Shown piece by piece: positions 27,573 to 36,000 of a stretch of 64,000 nt of DNA. How positions within the stretch are numbered: position 1 is the first letter of the stretch; each line of letters begins with the position of its first letter. This DNA comes from an uncultured Planctomycetia bacterium (GTDB lineage: Bacteria; Omnitrophota; Gorgyraeia; Tantalellales; Tantalellaceae): NCBI GenBank assembly GCA_964421015.1, contig CAYQUS010000007.1:23551-87550 (forward strand), in the 5' to 3' direction. The notes beneath the pieces were generated by a model that was not told the DNA's origin, ran no database searches, and saw nothing but the letters and a program-made list of their open reading frames with translations. The position numbers were made by a program, and so were the translations under genes.

Positions 27573-29393
27573 TCAGGTTAAAACTGAGGGAAGGATCAGA
27601 AAAAAAGAAGAACCTTTGCCGAAAACTGACTCTACACGGACACTCCCTCCATGTTCTTCGGCTATATGCTTAACTATGGAAAGACCAAGACCGGTACTTC
27701 CGGTCTCGCGCGAGCGGGACTTGTCCACTCTATAGAACCTTTCAAATATTCGTTCCAGATGTTCTTCGGGTATGCCCGGCCCGTCGTCACTGACCTCTAT
27801 TTCTACAGATCCTTTTATCTCCCGGGCCGTCACTTTCACATGCCCGTTTTCGTGGGTATATTTTACGGCGTTATCGGCCAGATTAAAAAGCGCCTGAAAG
27901 ATCATGCTCTCATCAGCCTTTATATAAATCTCATTGGATGGTAAAATTTTTTCGAATTTTATTTTTTTAAGCTCCGCCTGTTTAGCTGTCTCTTTTTCCA
28001 GCTTTTCTATAATATCTCTTACCGGACACTTCTTCAGATCAAGCGGCGCCTTCCCCGACTCTATCCTGGAAAGCGACAAAAGGTCCTCTATTAGCCTCAC
28101 AAGCCGGTCTGAATTCTCCTCTATTATCTTCACGAACTCCGCAGCGTGCTCCCTGTCATTGAGAGCTCCCGCGGCAAGTGTCTCCGCGAACCCCTTTATG
28201 TTGGAAGCGGGCGTCCTGAGCTCATGCGAAACATTGGCCACAAAATCCCGCCGAACCGTCTCAAGGCGCCTTATCTCGGTAATATCGTGAAAGACCATTA
28301 CCGCTCCCTCTATGTTGCCGTCCCTTACAACAGGAGTTCCGTGAACAATAACCGTCTTTTCTTCCGGGAGAATACGGGATATCTCCTTTTTAATATGGCT
28401 CTCTCTCCCGGCAAGAAGACTTTCCGCTATCTCCTGCACTTCCACATTCCTAACAACTTCCAGAGGTTTTTTTCCGAAAGCGTCCCCCGTCACCGGGAAT
28501 ATCTTTTTAAGCGCGTCATTTATAAGAAGGATGTTTTCCTTCTTGTCCACCACCACGACACCGTCCGACATGCTTAAAAGAACAGCCTTGAACCTGGCGC
28601 TCTGTGAGGTGATCTCCTCAACCTTAAGTTTTATCTGCTCGGCCATATGGTTGAACGCCTTCGCGAGATCCCCTATTTCGTCGTTCCCGGGTCCGGATAT
28701 CTTTTTATCGTAATTGCCTCTTGAAAGTTCCATTGCGGCGGCATGTATCCTGTTAACAGGCCTTGTTATAATAAACGCCGCCAGAAACGCGAAAACAGCG
28801 GAAATAAAAAGAGCCGCAAAGACGGCAGCAAGAAGTATTTTTTTTAGGCGCGTGGAAACCACCTCTATATCGGTAAGCGGGACAGCCGACCTTATGAACC
28901 CCTTAGGCGAATCTTTTCCTATCACGGCGGCTATGTATAGCATATCCTTGCCCAGAGTGGTGGAAAACCTCCTGCTCTCACCGATCCCTTTTTTAAGCGC
29001 CTCCTGTATCTCCGGACGGTACAGGTGGTTCTCCATTTCCCCCACCTTGTATTCTTCTATATCGGAATCTCCAAGGACCATACCGTTAATGTCAATCACC
29101 GAGACCCTCGAACTTACCTGGTCCCCGGCCTTAATGCTTATCTCGCTTATATCTTTGAAACGGTTATATCCCGGAAAATCTTTTTCCAGAAAAAGCTTGG
29201 CAAGAAGAACTTCTTTTGTTATGGCGGTTTTTATCTTTTCGTAGACATACGTTTTAAGGACAGCGTCAAGGTACGCGAAAGTCCCAAGCAGCACAAAGGC
29301 CGTTATAAGGCAGAATACCAGCGCTATTTTGTAATGGATCCTTATACGCAAATTATTTCTCCTAGTATTCCTCGCTGAACCGGTATCCCACAC
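27573..29393 (-). CDS. phoR: phosphate-regulon sensor histidine kinase
   Basis: 606 aa. Two TM helices, HAMP/PAS-like region, HisKA with H-box NVSHELRTPASNIKGF, HATPase_c G-boxes (DDGPGIPEEHLERIFERFYR, GSTGLGLSIV). Adjacent to an OmpR-family regulator and the pst operon. Start codon uncertain. Confidence 0.7.
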   Translation of the reverse strand: MWDTGSARNTRRNNLRIRIHYKIALVFCLITAFVLLGTFAYLDAVLKTYVYEKIKTAITKEVLLAKLFLEKDFPGYNRFKDISEISIKAGDQVSSRVSVIDINGMVLGDSDIEEYKVGEMENHLYRPEIQEALKKGIGESRRFSTTLGKDMLYIAAVIGKDSPKGFIRSAVPLTDIEVVSTRLKKILLAAVFAALFISAVFAFLAAFIITRPVNRIHAAAMELSRGNYDKKISGPGNDEIGDLAKAFNHMAEQIKLKVEEITSQSARFKAVLLSMSDGVVVVDKKENILLINDALKKIFPVTGDAFGKKPLEVVRNVEVQEIAESLLAGRESHIKKEISRILPEEKTVIVHGTPVVRDGNIEGAVMVFHDITEIRRLETVRRDFVANVSHELRTPASNIKGFAETLAAGALNDREHAAEFVKIIEENSDRLVRLIEDLLSLSRIESGKAPLDLKKCPVRDIIEKLEKETAKQAELKKIKFEKILPSNEIYIKADESMIFQALFNLADNAVKYTHENGHVKVTAREIKGSVEIEVSDDGPGIPEEHLERIFERFYRVDKSRSRETGSTGLGLSIVKHIAEEHGGSVRVESVFGKGSSFFLILPSVLT

Positions 29394-30051
29394 CGCGTAC
29401 CGTCTCTATAAGGTCTCCCTCTTTGCCCAGCTTGGTCCTGAGCCTCTTTATATGAGTATCCACGGTCCTTGTTGTAACATCAGCTGCTATGTCCCACACC
29501 TCATCAAGAAGTTTTTCCCTGGACTGCACCCGGCCTTTTCTTTCCATAAGCGTCCTGAGGAGATTGAATTCCATATTTGTAAGTTCGATCTCTTTCCCAC
29601 CTACGGTAACTTTATGCTTACCCAGGTCAACCTGTATTTTTCTGGCCTCAAGAAGTTCATCTTCTGCCTCTTCCCTCTTCTCTCTTTTTAGTACCGCCTT
29701 TATCCTTAGGACAAGTTCCCTGGGACTGAAGGGTTTGACCATATAGTCATCCGCCCCCAGCTCGAACCCCACTATGCGGTCTACCTCTTCCCCTTTTGCC
29801 GTAAGCATTATAACGGAGACACCGGCAAGTTCCTTCTCCTGGCGTATCCTCCGGCACACTTCAAGCCCATCCATCCCGGGAAGCATTATGTCGAGTATCA
29901 CAAGGTCCGGTTTTGTTTTCTTCAGAGTTTCCAGAGCCTCTTCGCCGGTTTGCGCCGAAAAACAAGTGAACCCCTCTTTCTCAAGGTTATACTTTATGAG
30001 TTTGGATATGTTCTTATCGTCCTCTACAGAAAGTACCCGTATCTTGCTCAT
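29362..30051 (-). CDS. phoB: phosphate-regulon response regulator (OmpR family)
   Basis: Receiver domain (MSKIRVLSVEDD...ILDIMLPGMDG...MLTAKGEE) plus a winged-helix output (TRTVDTHIKRLRTKL). Start taken at MSKIRV. Overlaps phoR by about 30 nt. Confidence 0.7.
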   Translation of the reverse strand: MSKIRVLSVEDDKNISKLIKYNLEKEGFTCFSAQTGEEALETLKKTKPDLVILDIMLPGMDGLEVCRRIRQEKELAGVSVIMLTAKGEEVDRIVGFELGADDYMVKPFSPRELVLRIKAVLKREKREEAEDELLEARKIQVDLGKHKVTVGGKEIELTNMEFNLLRTLMERKGRVQSREKLLDEVWDIAADVTTRTVDTHIKRLRTKLGKEGDLIETVRGVGYRFSEEY

Positions 30052-30207
30052 ATTTATCCTCCATCCAGTGGGCATTGTTATTATACACCCTCGAATTAAA
30101 ATCCGCTTTAATTTAGATAGTACTGCCGTTGTATTGCGTTAATGTTCCGGAACTGTTAATTCTATGTGAAATTTAAGGGATAATACTTACGACAAGACAC
30201 AAAATCC

Positions 30208-30723
30208 ATGCCCTCCGCCGGAATTAATGATAAAATGTCATTTATGAAGGACCTTTACGCAAAAATAGTTCTGACATCTGCCGCTATTGGGCTTTGCTCT
30301 TGCACTACGGTTTTGGCGTTCGATTCCGCTCTTACAAAGGTAACGATAGATTATCTTTCATTCATAGCGGGAATTTTTCTTGTAACCGACGGCACGCTGG
30401 CTTTTATCAGAGCGAAAGAACCTTTTCCGATGGGCCGATTCACCCGCGCCGTACGCATCTCTTTCGGCCTTTCGATAATCGCTATTCATCTGGGACAGTT
30501 CCTTCAATTCAGGGTAATGTCTTCGGAAATAGCCGAAATACAGATAAACTGGGTGGATTATACGGCTTTGGGAGCAAGCCTCTTCCTTATAATAGAGGGA
30601 CTCGCAAAAATTTTGGCCTCGAATTCCCCTCTCTTTCCTTTCCAGATCTCGCGCCTCCTCCGCGTCGCGATAGGATCTATAGTCCTGACCATTCATGTTC
30701 TGCAGTTCATTCACGCGTGGTAA
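30208..30723 (+). CDS. small hypothetical membrane protein (about 4 TM helices)
   Basis: 171-aa ORF with 4 hydrophobic helices. No recognisable family. Start uncertain (alternatives at 30235 and 30244). Confidence 0.35.
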   Translation: MPSAGINDKMSFMKDLYAKIVLTSAAIGLCSCTTVLAFDSALTKVTIDYLSFIAGIFLVTDGTLAFIRAKEPFPMGRFTRAVRISFGLSIIAIHLGQFLQFRVMSSEIAEIQINWVDYTALGASLFLIIEGLAKILASNSPLFPFQISRLLRVAIGSIVLTIHVLQFIHAW

Positions 30724-30744
30724 TTATAATTTGAACCGCCTAAA

Positions 30745-30892
30745 GACACATTGGTGCCCCCTCGCTTCAGTTCAGCTGTGCGGTTTCATTTCTCTTTGCT
30801 CATGAAACCGCAGCTTCACTGGCTCGGGGACAGTTCGGCTATGCAGTTTCTCTTCTCTTCGCTCAGGAAACTGCAGCCTCACTGCCAGGCAC
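30745..30892 (+). repeat. 148-bp direct repeat copy 1 (two internal stem-loops)
   Basis: About 96% identical to 31212-31339. Contains hairpins 'tgcggtttcat ... atgaaaccgca' (11-bp stem) and 'tgcagtttc ... gaaactgca' (9-bp stem). Begins 'gacacattggtgcc', related to the REP-like family. Confidence 0.85.
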
Positions 30893-31013
30893 TTCGGTCT
30901 ACGTTGATGCCTTCACTTCAAGTCCTCAGACTTGTATACGTCATCCTTCGCTTCGCTCAAAATGACGGCATTTCCGCGCTAAACCTTGACCTCTAACTGA
31001 ACGTCAATCTCTA

Positions 31014-31176
31014 TGTCATCACCTTTCCGATGTTCCCGGAAGGGCGTTGGTCTCTCGAGCGGGCACGGATCCCGAGGGCAAAAGCCCGAGGGAGAGCGAG
31101 AGAGACCACCCGAGCGAGATTTTCACGCCGGGAAAATCGAGTGTCCCTGAAGGAAATATCGGAAAGGTGATGACAA
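31014..31176. repeat. IR-flanked GC-rich element (22-bp inverted repeats 'tgtcatcacctttccgatRttcc') between the two 148-bp direct repeats
   Basis: IR-L 31014-31037 and IR-R 31153-31176 flank about 115 bp with nested palindromes ('ggtctctc ... gagagacc'). Confidence 0.6.
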
Positions 31177-31211
31177 ATCCGATATCCGCTAGACACTTTG
31201 GTGCCTCCTCG

Positions 31212-31339
31212 CTTCAGTTCAGCTGTGCGGTTTCATTTCTATTTGCTCATGAAACCGCAGCTTCACTGGCTCGGGGACAGTTCGGCTATGCAGTTTCTCT
31301 TCTCTTCGCTCAGGAAACTGCAGCCTCACTGCAAGACAC
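31212..31339 (+). repeat. 148-bp direct repeat copy 2
   Basis: Same sequence as 30745-30892 with about 5 mismatches. Confidence 0.85.
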
Positions 31340-31350
31340 CGATATATCGC

Positions 31351-32355
31351 TTACTTGCCGCCGATGGACTTTGAATGCCGCTGAGGAATAGCGTGCAGAA
31401 GAAAGGCTATAAAACATCCCGTTAATATAAGCGCGACCGCCAAAACTAACTGGCCGTCCGCAACAGAAGGAAGGACGTTCATGTCTTTTACCGGTATTAT
31501 CTTCCCGCTTGAGGTTGTAATGCTCTCAATAACTTTTTTCCACGGCCATATCTTATTGAGAGACCCTATGACGAATCCCGCGAGGACCGCTATGGTCATA
31601 TCGTGATACTTCTTAAAAAGCCACTCGAGGATCCTCACGAAAGACAGTATCCCTACGGCTATACCAAGCATAAAAACAAATATCGTGCCCATATCCCTTG
31701 AGTGCAGCGCGTTCATTATGAACTGATACTTCCCGAGAAGAAGAAGTATAAAAGCTCCGGATATCCCGGGAAGGATCATGGCGCATATCGCCAGAGCCCC
31801 AGACAAAAAAACGAACCACCATGTCTCCGGGGTCGAAACGGGAGTCAACTGAACAAAGAAAAATGTTGCCACCGAAGATACCACAAGAGCCGCTATTTTT
31901 TTAGCGTCCCATTTTTTCATTGCCCTGGCTATTATGGGCACCGTCATCAGAATAAGCCCGAAAAAGAAAGAGTTGATAAGAACGGGGTGTTCCTTTATAA
32001 GCCAGCTAACTACTCGGGAAAAAAGAAGTATAGCGCACCCTATACCCGCCGCCACGGAACCAAAAAATCTCCACGCCACCGAGCCCGAAGCTTCACGGAA
32101 CCTTCCCCTTAAAAGAAGTTTAATAAAGTTCGCATCAAAGGATTTTATGGAACTTATAAAGTCTTCGTATATTTCGAGGATAAAAGCTATTGTCCCGCCC
32201 GATATACCTGGGATCACGTCGGCGATCCCCATGCAAAACCCTTTAATGCTGAGAACAAAGTAATCCGCTATTGTCCTATCGGCGTCAACAGGATGGACCT
32301 TCCGGACGTTATTGTCTTTAATCACCATTTCCCCCTTATTTTTCCCTAGCCTCAA
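31351..32355 (-). CDS. DUF368-family membrane protein (PopT-like putative polyprenyl-phosphate transporter family)
   Basis: 334 aa. Two repeated halves with VIPGISGGT and ILPGISGAF motifs (the PGISRSG-type DUF368 signature). About 8 TM helices. Confidence 0.6.
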   Translation of the reverse strand: MRLGKNKGEMVIKDNNVRKVHPVDADRTIADYFVLSIKGFCMGIADVIPGISGGTIAFILEIYEDFISSIKSFDANFIKLLLRGRFREASGSVAWRFFGSVAAGIGCAILLFSRVVSWLIKEHPVLINSFFFGLILMTVPIIARAMKKWDAKKIAALVVSSVATFFFVQLTPVSTPETWWFVFLSGALAICAMILPGISGAFILLLLGKYQFIMNALHSRDMGTIFVFMLGIAVGILSFVRILEWLFKKYHDMTIAVLAGFVIGSLNKIWPWKKVIESITTSSGKIIPVKDMNVLPSVADGQLVLAVALILTGCFIAFLLHAIPQRHSKSIGGK

Positions 32356-32417
32356 TCTTTATTTCTCCTTTCTCCCTTCTACTTTCAAAATCCCCTTATC
32401 GCCTGACGCGCTAAAAT

Positions 32418-32612
32418 TCATTTAGTCATAAAAACAAAAAAGGCGGCTATTACTGCCGCTATAAGCGCCGCCGCCAGCAAGTGATGACGGTTATATTTCA
32501 ATTTCCCCAGCACCCCCACGGGGCGCTCAAGGTTCTCGCCGCAGTAGAGGCACAGAAGAGCCTCATCATCATAGATCGGCTTACCGCAATTAGGACAAAT
32601 ATGCTCAGTCAT
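32418..32612 (-). CDS. small zinc-ribbon membrane protein (hypothetical)
   Basis: 64 aa. CPNCG...CLYCG (two CxxC) followed by a C-terminal TM helix (LLAAALIAAVIAAFFVFM). Co-oriented just upstream of the DUF368 gene. Confidence 0.45.
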   Translation of the reverse strand: MTEHICPNCGKPIYDDEALLCLYCGENLERPVGVLGKLKYNRHHLLAAALIAAVIAAFFVFMTK

Positions 32613-32781
32613 GCCAAGTTATCGCCTGAAGGTATTTTTCAGGTCTATTCCATGCTCCCGGCAAGAAAGACATCTTTACTTTACGGGAGATATACATCGC
32701 ACATCATTATACACAGCCGGTTGAACCGGGGTCAACATTTTAGGGCTCTCTCCCCCTTAGTCCCGGAAACCCCCGTTCAAC

Positions 32782-32810
32782 TTGACTAAATGATACTTTT
32801 GTGGTATCAT
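32782..32810 (+). promoter_or_regulatory. candidate promoter TTGACT-17-TATCAT with extended -10 (TGgTATCAT), overlapping a 9-bp-arm palindrome
   Basis: 'ttgact aaatgatacttttgtgg tatcat'. The palindrome 'aaatgatac ttttgtg gtatcattt' spans the spacer and -10. Confidence 0.45.
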
Positions 32811-32833
32811 TTAGTTATGGGAAAGGAGGGAAT

Positions 32834-32992
32834 ATGAAGATACTGAACACAATACTTTCGTTATTGGTCTTTTGCGGGGCGGTCGGAACGGCTCCAAAGG
32901 AAGCAGACGCTAAGGGTTGCTGCGGATGCGGTGCAGGCGGAGATAAGACCGAGACCGTAGAGACAGTTGACGAAGAAGCGGAAACAGAATAG
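32834..32992 (+). CDS. secreted Cys-rich mini-protein (52 aa) with GCCGCGAGG core
   Basis: MKILNTILSLLVFCGAVGTAP (Sec-type signal) followed by KEADAKGCCGCGAGGDKTETVETVDEEAETE. RBS AAGGAGGG 6 nt before the ATG. The ORF-track frame opens earlier (32801), but RBS spacing favours 32834. Confidence 0.5.
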   Translation: MKILNTILSLLVFCGAVGTAPKEADAKGCCGCGAGGDKTETVETVDEEAETE

Positions 32993-33017
32993 TAAGAATG
33001 TAGTTGAAAAAATGAGA

Positions 33018-33057
33018 GGGCAGGTGAGATTTCGGTTTTTCGCCTGCCTTTTCTCTT
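33018..33057 (+). terminator. rho-independent terminator after the Cys-rich peptide gene
   Basis: 'gggcagg tgagatttcggtttttcg cctgcc' followed by 'ttttctctt'. Confidence 0.45.
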
Positions 33058-33062
33058 ATAGA

Positions 33063-36000
33063 TCAAGCGAAAGACTGCACCTCGTAAAGGGATTTTAGCT
33101 CTTCGTAACTGAAGAATCGGGTAGCGCGAGGGATTAGTACATACAAACCCCCTTCCCTGGAAAGGCCAACATGAGGGTTGTTATTGGGGTTCGAGGTGAA
33201 TATCGAACTAAACCTGAGATTAAAAGCGAGAGTAAGTATCTCTGTTACACGAATATAGCTTTTTTCAGTAAGTTCGCTCCCGTCAACACCTACAAGAAAA
33301 GCTTTTTTCTTTTCGCTGAAATCCCGGAACTTAAAGGAAAAAACGCTGGCTTTTTCAGCTATTATTATGGTCTCTGGTTCCTCATATTCCAAACCGGACC
33401 TCTCGGCAAGTTTATTTTTTTCGTTCGAGTCCCTTTCAATAGCGCTTATAAGCTCGGCATCGGGCGCGATTACAAGCGGGATACCCATACTTTCGCAAAA
33501 TCCTCTTATTTCGTTTATAAGAGGATTGATGGCCATCTGCTGCTCTTTCCCGGGAGAGTATCCCTTTATCCAGTCGGTTCCCAAGGCTATCCTTACCGGA
33601 CGGGAAAGCTTTACCTTATCTTTCGCCAGCTTTACCGTATCTGAAAATATTACGGCCGCCTTCTTCTCCGAGACCGTGTCCGGCGGAAAATCCTTGTCCC
33701 TTTCCTGTCTGACCTCCACCCTTGGCGCGGAAAGATCGCTGTTATCGACGGCTATGTCGGCCGACTCAAAAGGCTTGTCATCCGAACCCCTGTATTCAGC
33801 GTGTGTTCTGAGAAAAATATTATTAACGTAGTAAAGCACTTCTTCTTCTGTCCTGCCCATCTTTGCCGGATCTCTCTCAAGCTGCCGCCCCAGAGAAACG
33901 TCTTCGGTTACGTTAAAATATACAAAATAGTCCATAAGAGGCTTTAGGGCAACTCGCTCATCGTTCCTCTCCAGGAAAAGACCGTCCACAAGGACAATAG
34001 TATCGTCATCGACATTAAGCGTTTCCGTTCCCGACCTTTCCCCCGACTCCGACACATAAGCGTCATTGATCGTATACGTAAGGGTTTCCGGGGCATGAAG
34101 GTCTTTCAGCCATTCCGAAAGTTTTTCGTGGTCGAACCAGTTATAATAATCGCTGTAAATACCCGTAAGGTCCTTTTCTCTTTCTTTTTTCTCCACCATG
34201 CACCAGTCGCCGTGAAGTACCTCAACTTTTCTCCCAAGTTTAAATTTAAGATACGGCCTCAGCTCTTTCTCGACAAAATAACTTTTTCCGGAAGCGTCGA
34301 AACCTTCTATCCCCACAAAAAGCCTCTTTGTCCCCGTGCCGCTCTGGTTCTTCCACGCCTGTTTCTTAACGGCCTGTCCGGCGACCTTTCTTATCATTTC
34401 GCGCCTGTCAAAAGAAAGAGAGGCAAAATATATCTCAAACTCTCTGGCTTCATCTATTTCTTCCTGACTGCGCGGCCGTATTTTAGGAGCCGAAGCGCGA
34501 GACGACATATCGCCCTTGCCGTACACACCCTCGTCTCTAATTTCGACTTTCGAATGTTTGGCCGAACCAAACATCATGCCCTTTTTCTTTTCTCCCATAA
34601 GCGCTCCAGCCAGGATTTCACCGGCTACACCCAAAATAAAACCAGCCGCGGGATACCCCAAATACACTCCAAGCATAAACCCCAAGGAAACAATTACCCC
34701 CGCCGCCCTGACTGTTTTATCTTTTCCGGCGCGACTTTCTGTCTTATCTAGCTTATCTAGCCAAAACTTCCTGAACGATTCCCTTTCCTGCCTCGTGAGC
34801 GCTGCCTCCGAACATCTATAGTAATTCTCCGTCCCCTCAAGAGACTGGGCCACGTCGCGCGGCATTATAACAAGCCCGGTTCGGCGTACCGCTTCGTTCA
34901 TGTTGCCGTAAGACTCGTCATCATCACCGCCGGGCCTTAGTTCAAGCTGTCCCGCGGTGCCATCCACCACAAAAACCACCCCGGCAAGACCGACCTCGAC
35001 TACAACGTGGTTCCCGTATTCCGTTATCTCCGCCTTTATCCCCGCCTTCGACAATTCCTTATGTATAAATTCCGATGTCTCGCTGCACAAAAGCGGATAC
35101 CCCCAGATATATTTATTTTCGTTGATAAATTCAAGCGTACCGCCTCCAAAGATAGCCCTAAGGAACGAGGCCACTTCCAGATGCTCTTCCTCTGTCAAAG
35201 ATCGTCCATTTCTTTCCTCTATGGCCTTTTCTAAAAGATTTCTGGCCACAAAAGGGTTCATATCCATCCATTTTCCAGCGCCATTCTTAAACACGCTGAA
35301 ATCCTCTAAAGTCTCCGTTCCAATAACTTCGCCTGATAGATCGTAATAAGTTATTTCCTGAAGTTCGTGGCCCGGCCCATATAACCTTCTTTCGTAAAGT
35401 CTTTTACCGCTCAGAGACTTAATATCCGGTCCAAAATGGATCACTTCCTCGCTCCCGACTTCACCTGTCACAGGATCGGTCCCTATAATCATGCGGCTAC
35501 CATCGATAAATTTTATTTCGTGGGTTTCCAGAGTCCTGCCGTCGATACCGGAAGATCTTTTGTTTATTCTCGCCGCCACGACAGGAATATCTTCTATAGG
35601 TACCTTCCTGACATCTCGAAAGACGTTCCTTATAGAGTTTCTGTCCAACCCTGTTGTATCTATAGCGAAATCTATGCCGTGATAAGGTATTCTTCCAAGT
35701 TCCATTATCCTCGGGTCATAATGGGTCGAAAAACGCAGTTCTTCCGAACGTTTTCTTATCCTTTCTCGTCTTTCCTGCTCCTCGGCAACTATCTCAACTA
35801 CTATATCCGGCGAAAGCCTTTCGGCGAGGTCCGGTATTGTGTGGTACCCCTCTATTATCACAAGTTTTTTCTCGGGGAAAACTGCGCGGTCAAGTATCAT
35901 GTTATAGTGGCGTTCCATGGCCACATCGTCGCTGAACCGCTCGAGCTCGAACTCCTCGAGGCCGAAAAACACAGCCTCAAGTTCCTCTGTGATGGTGCTC

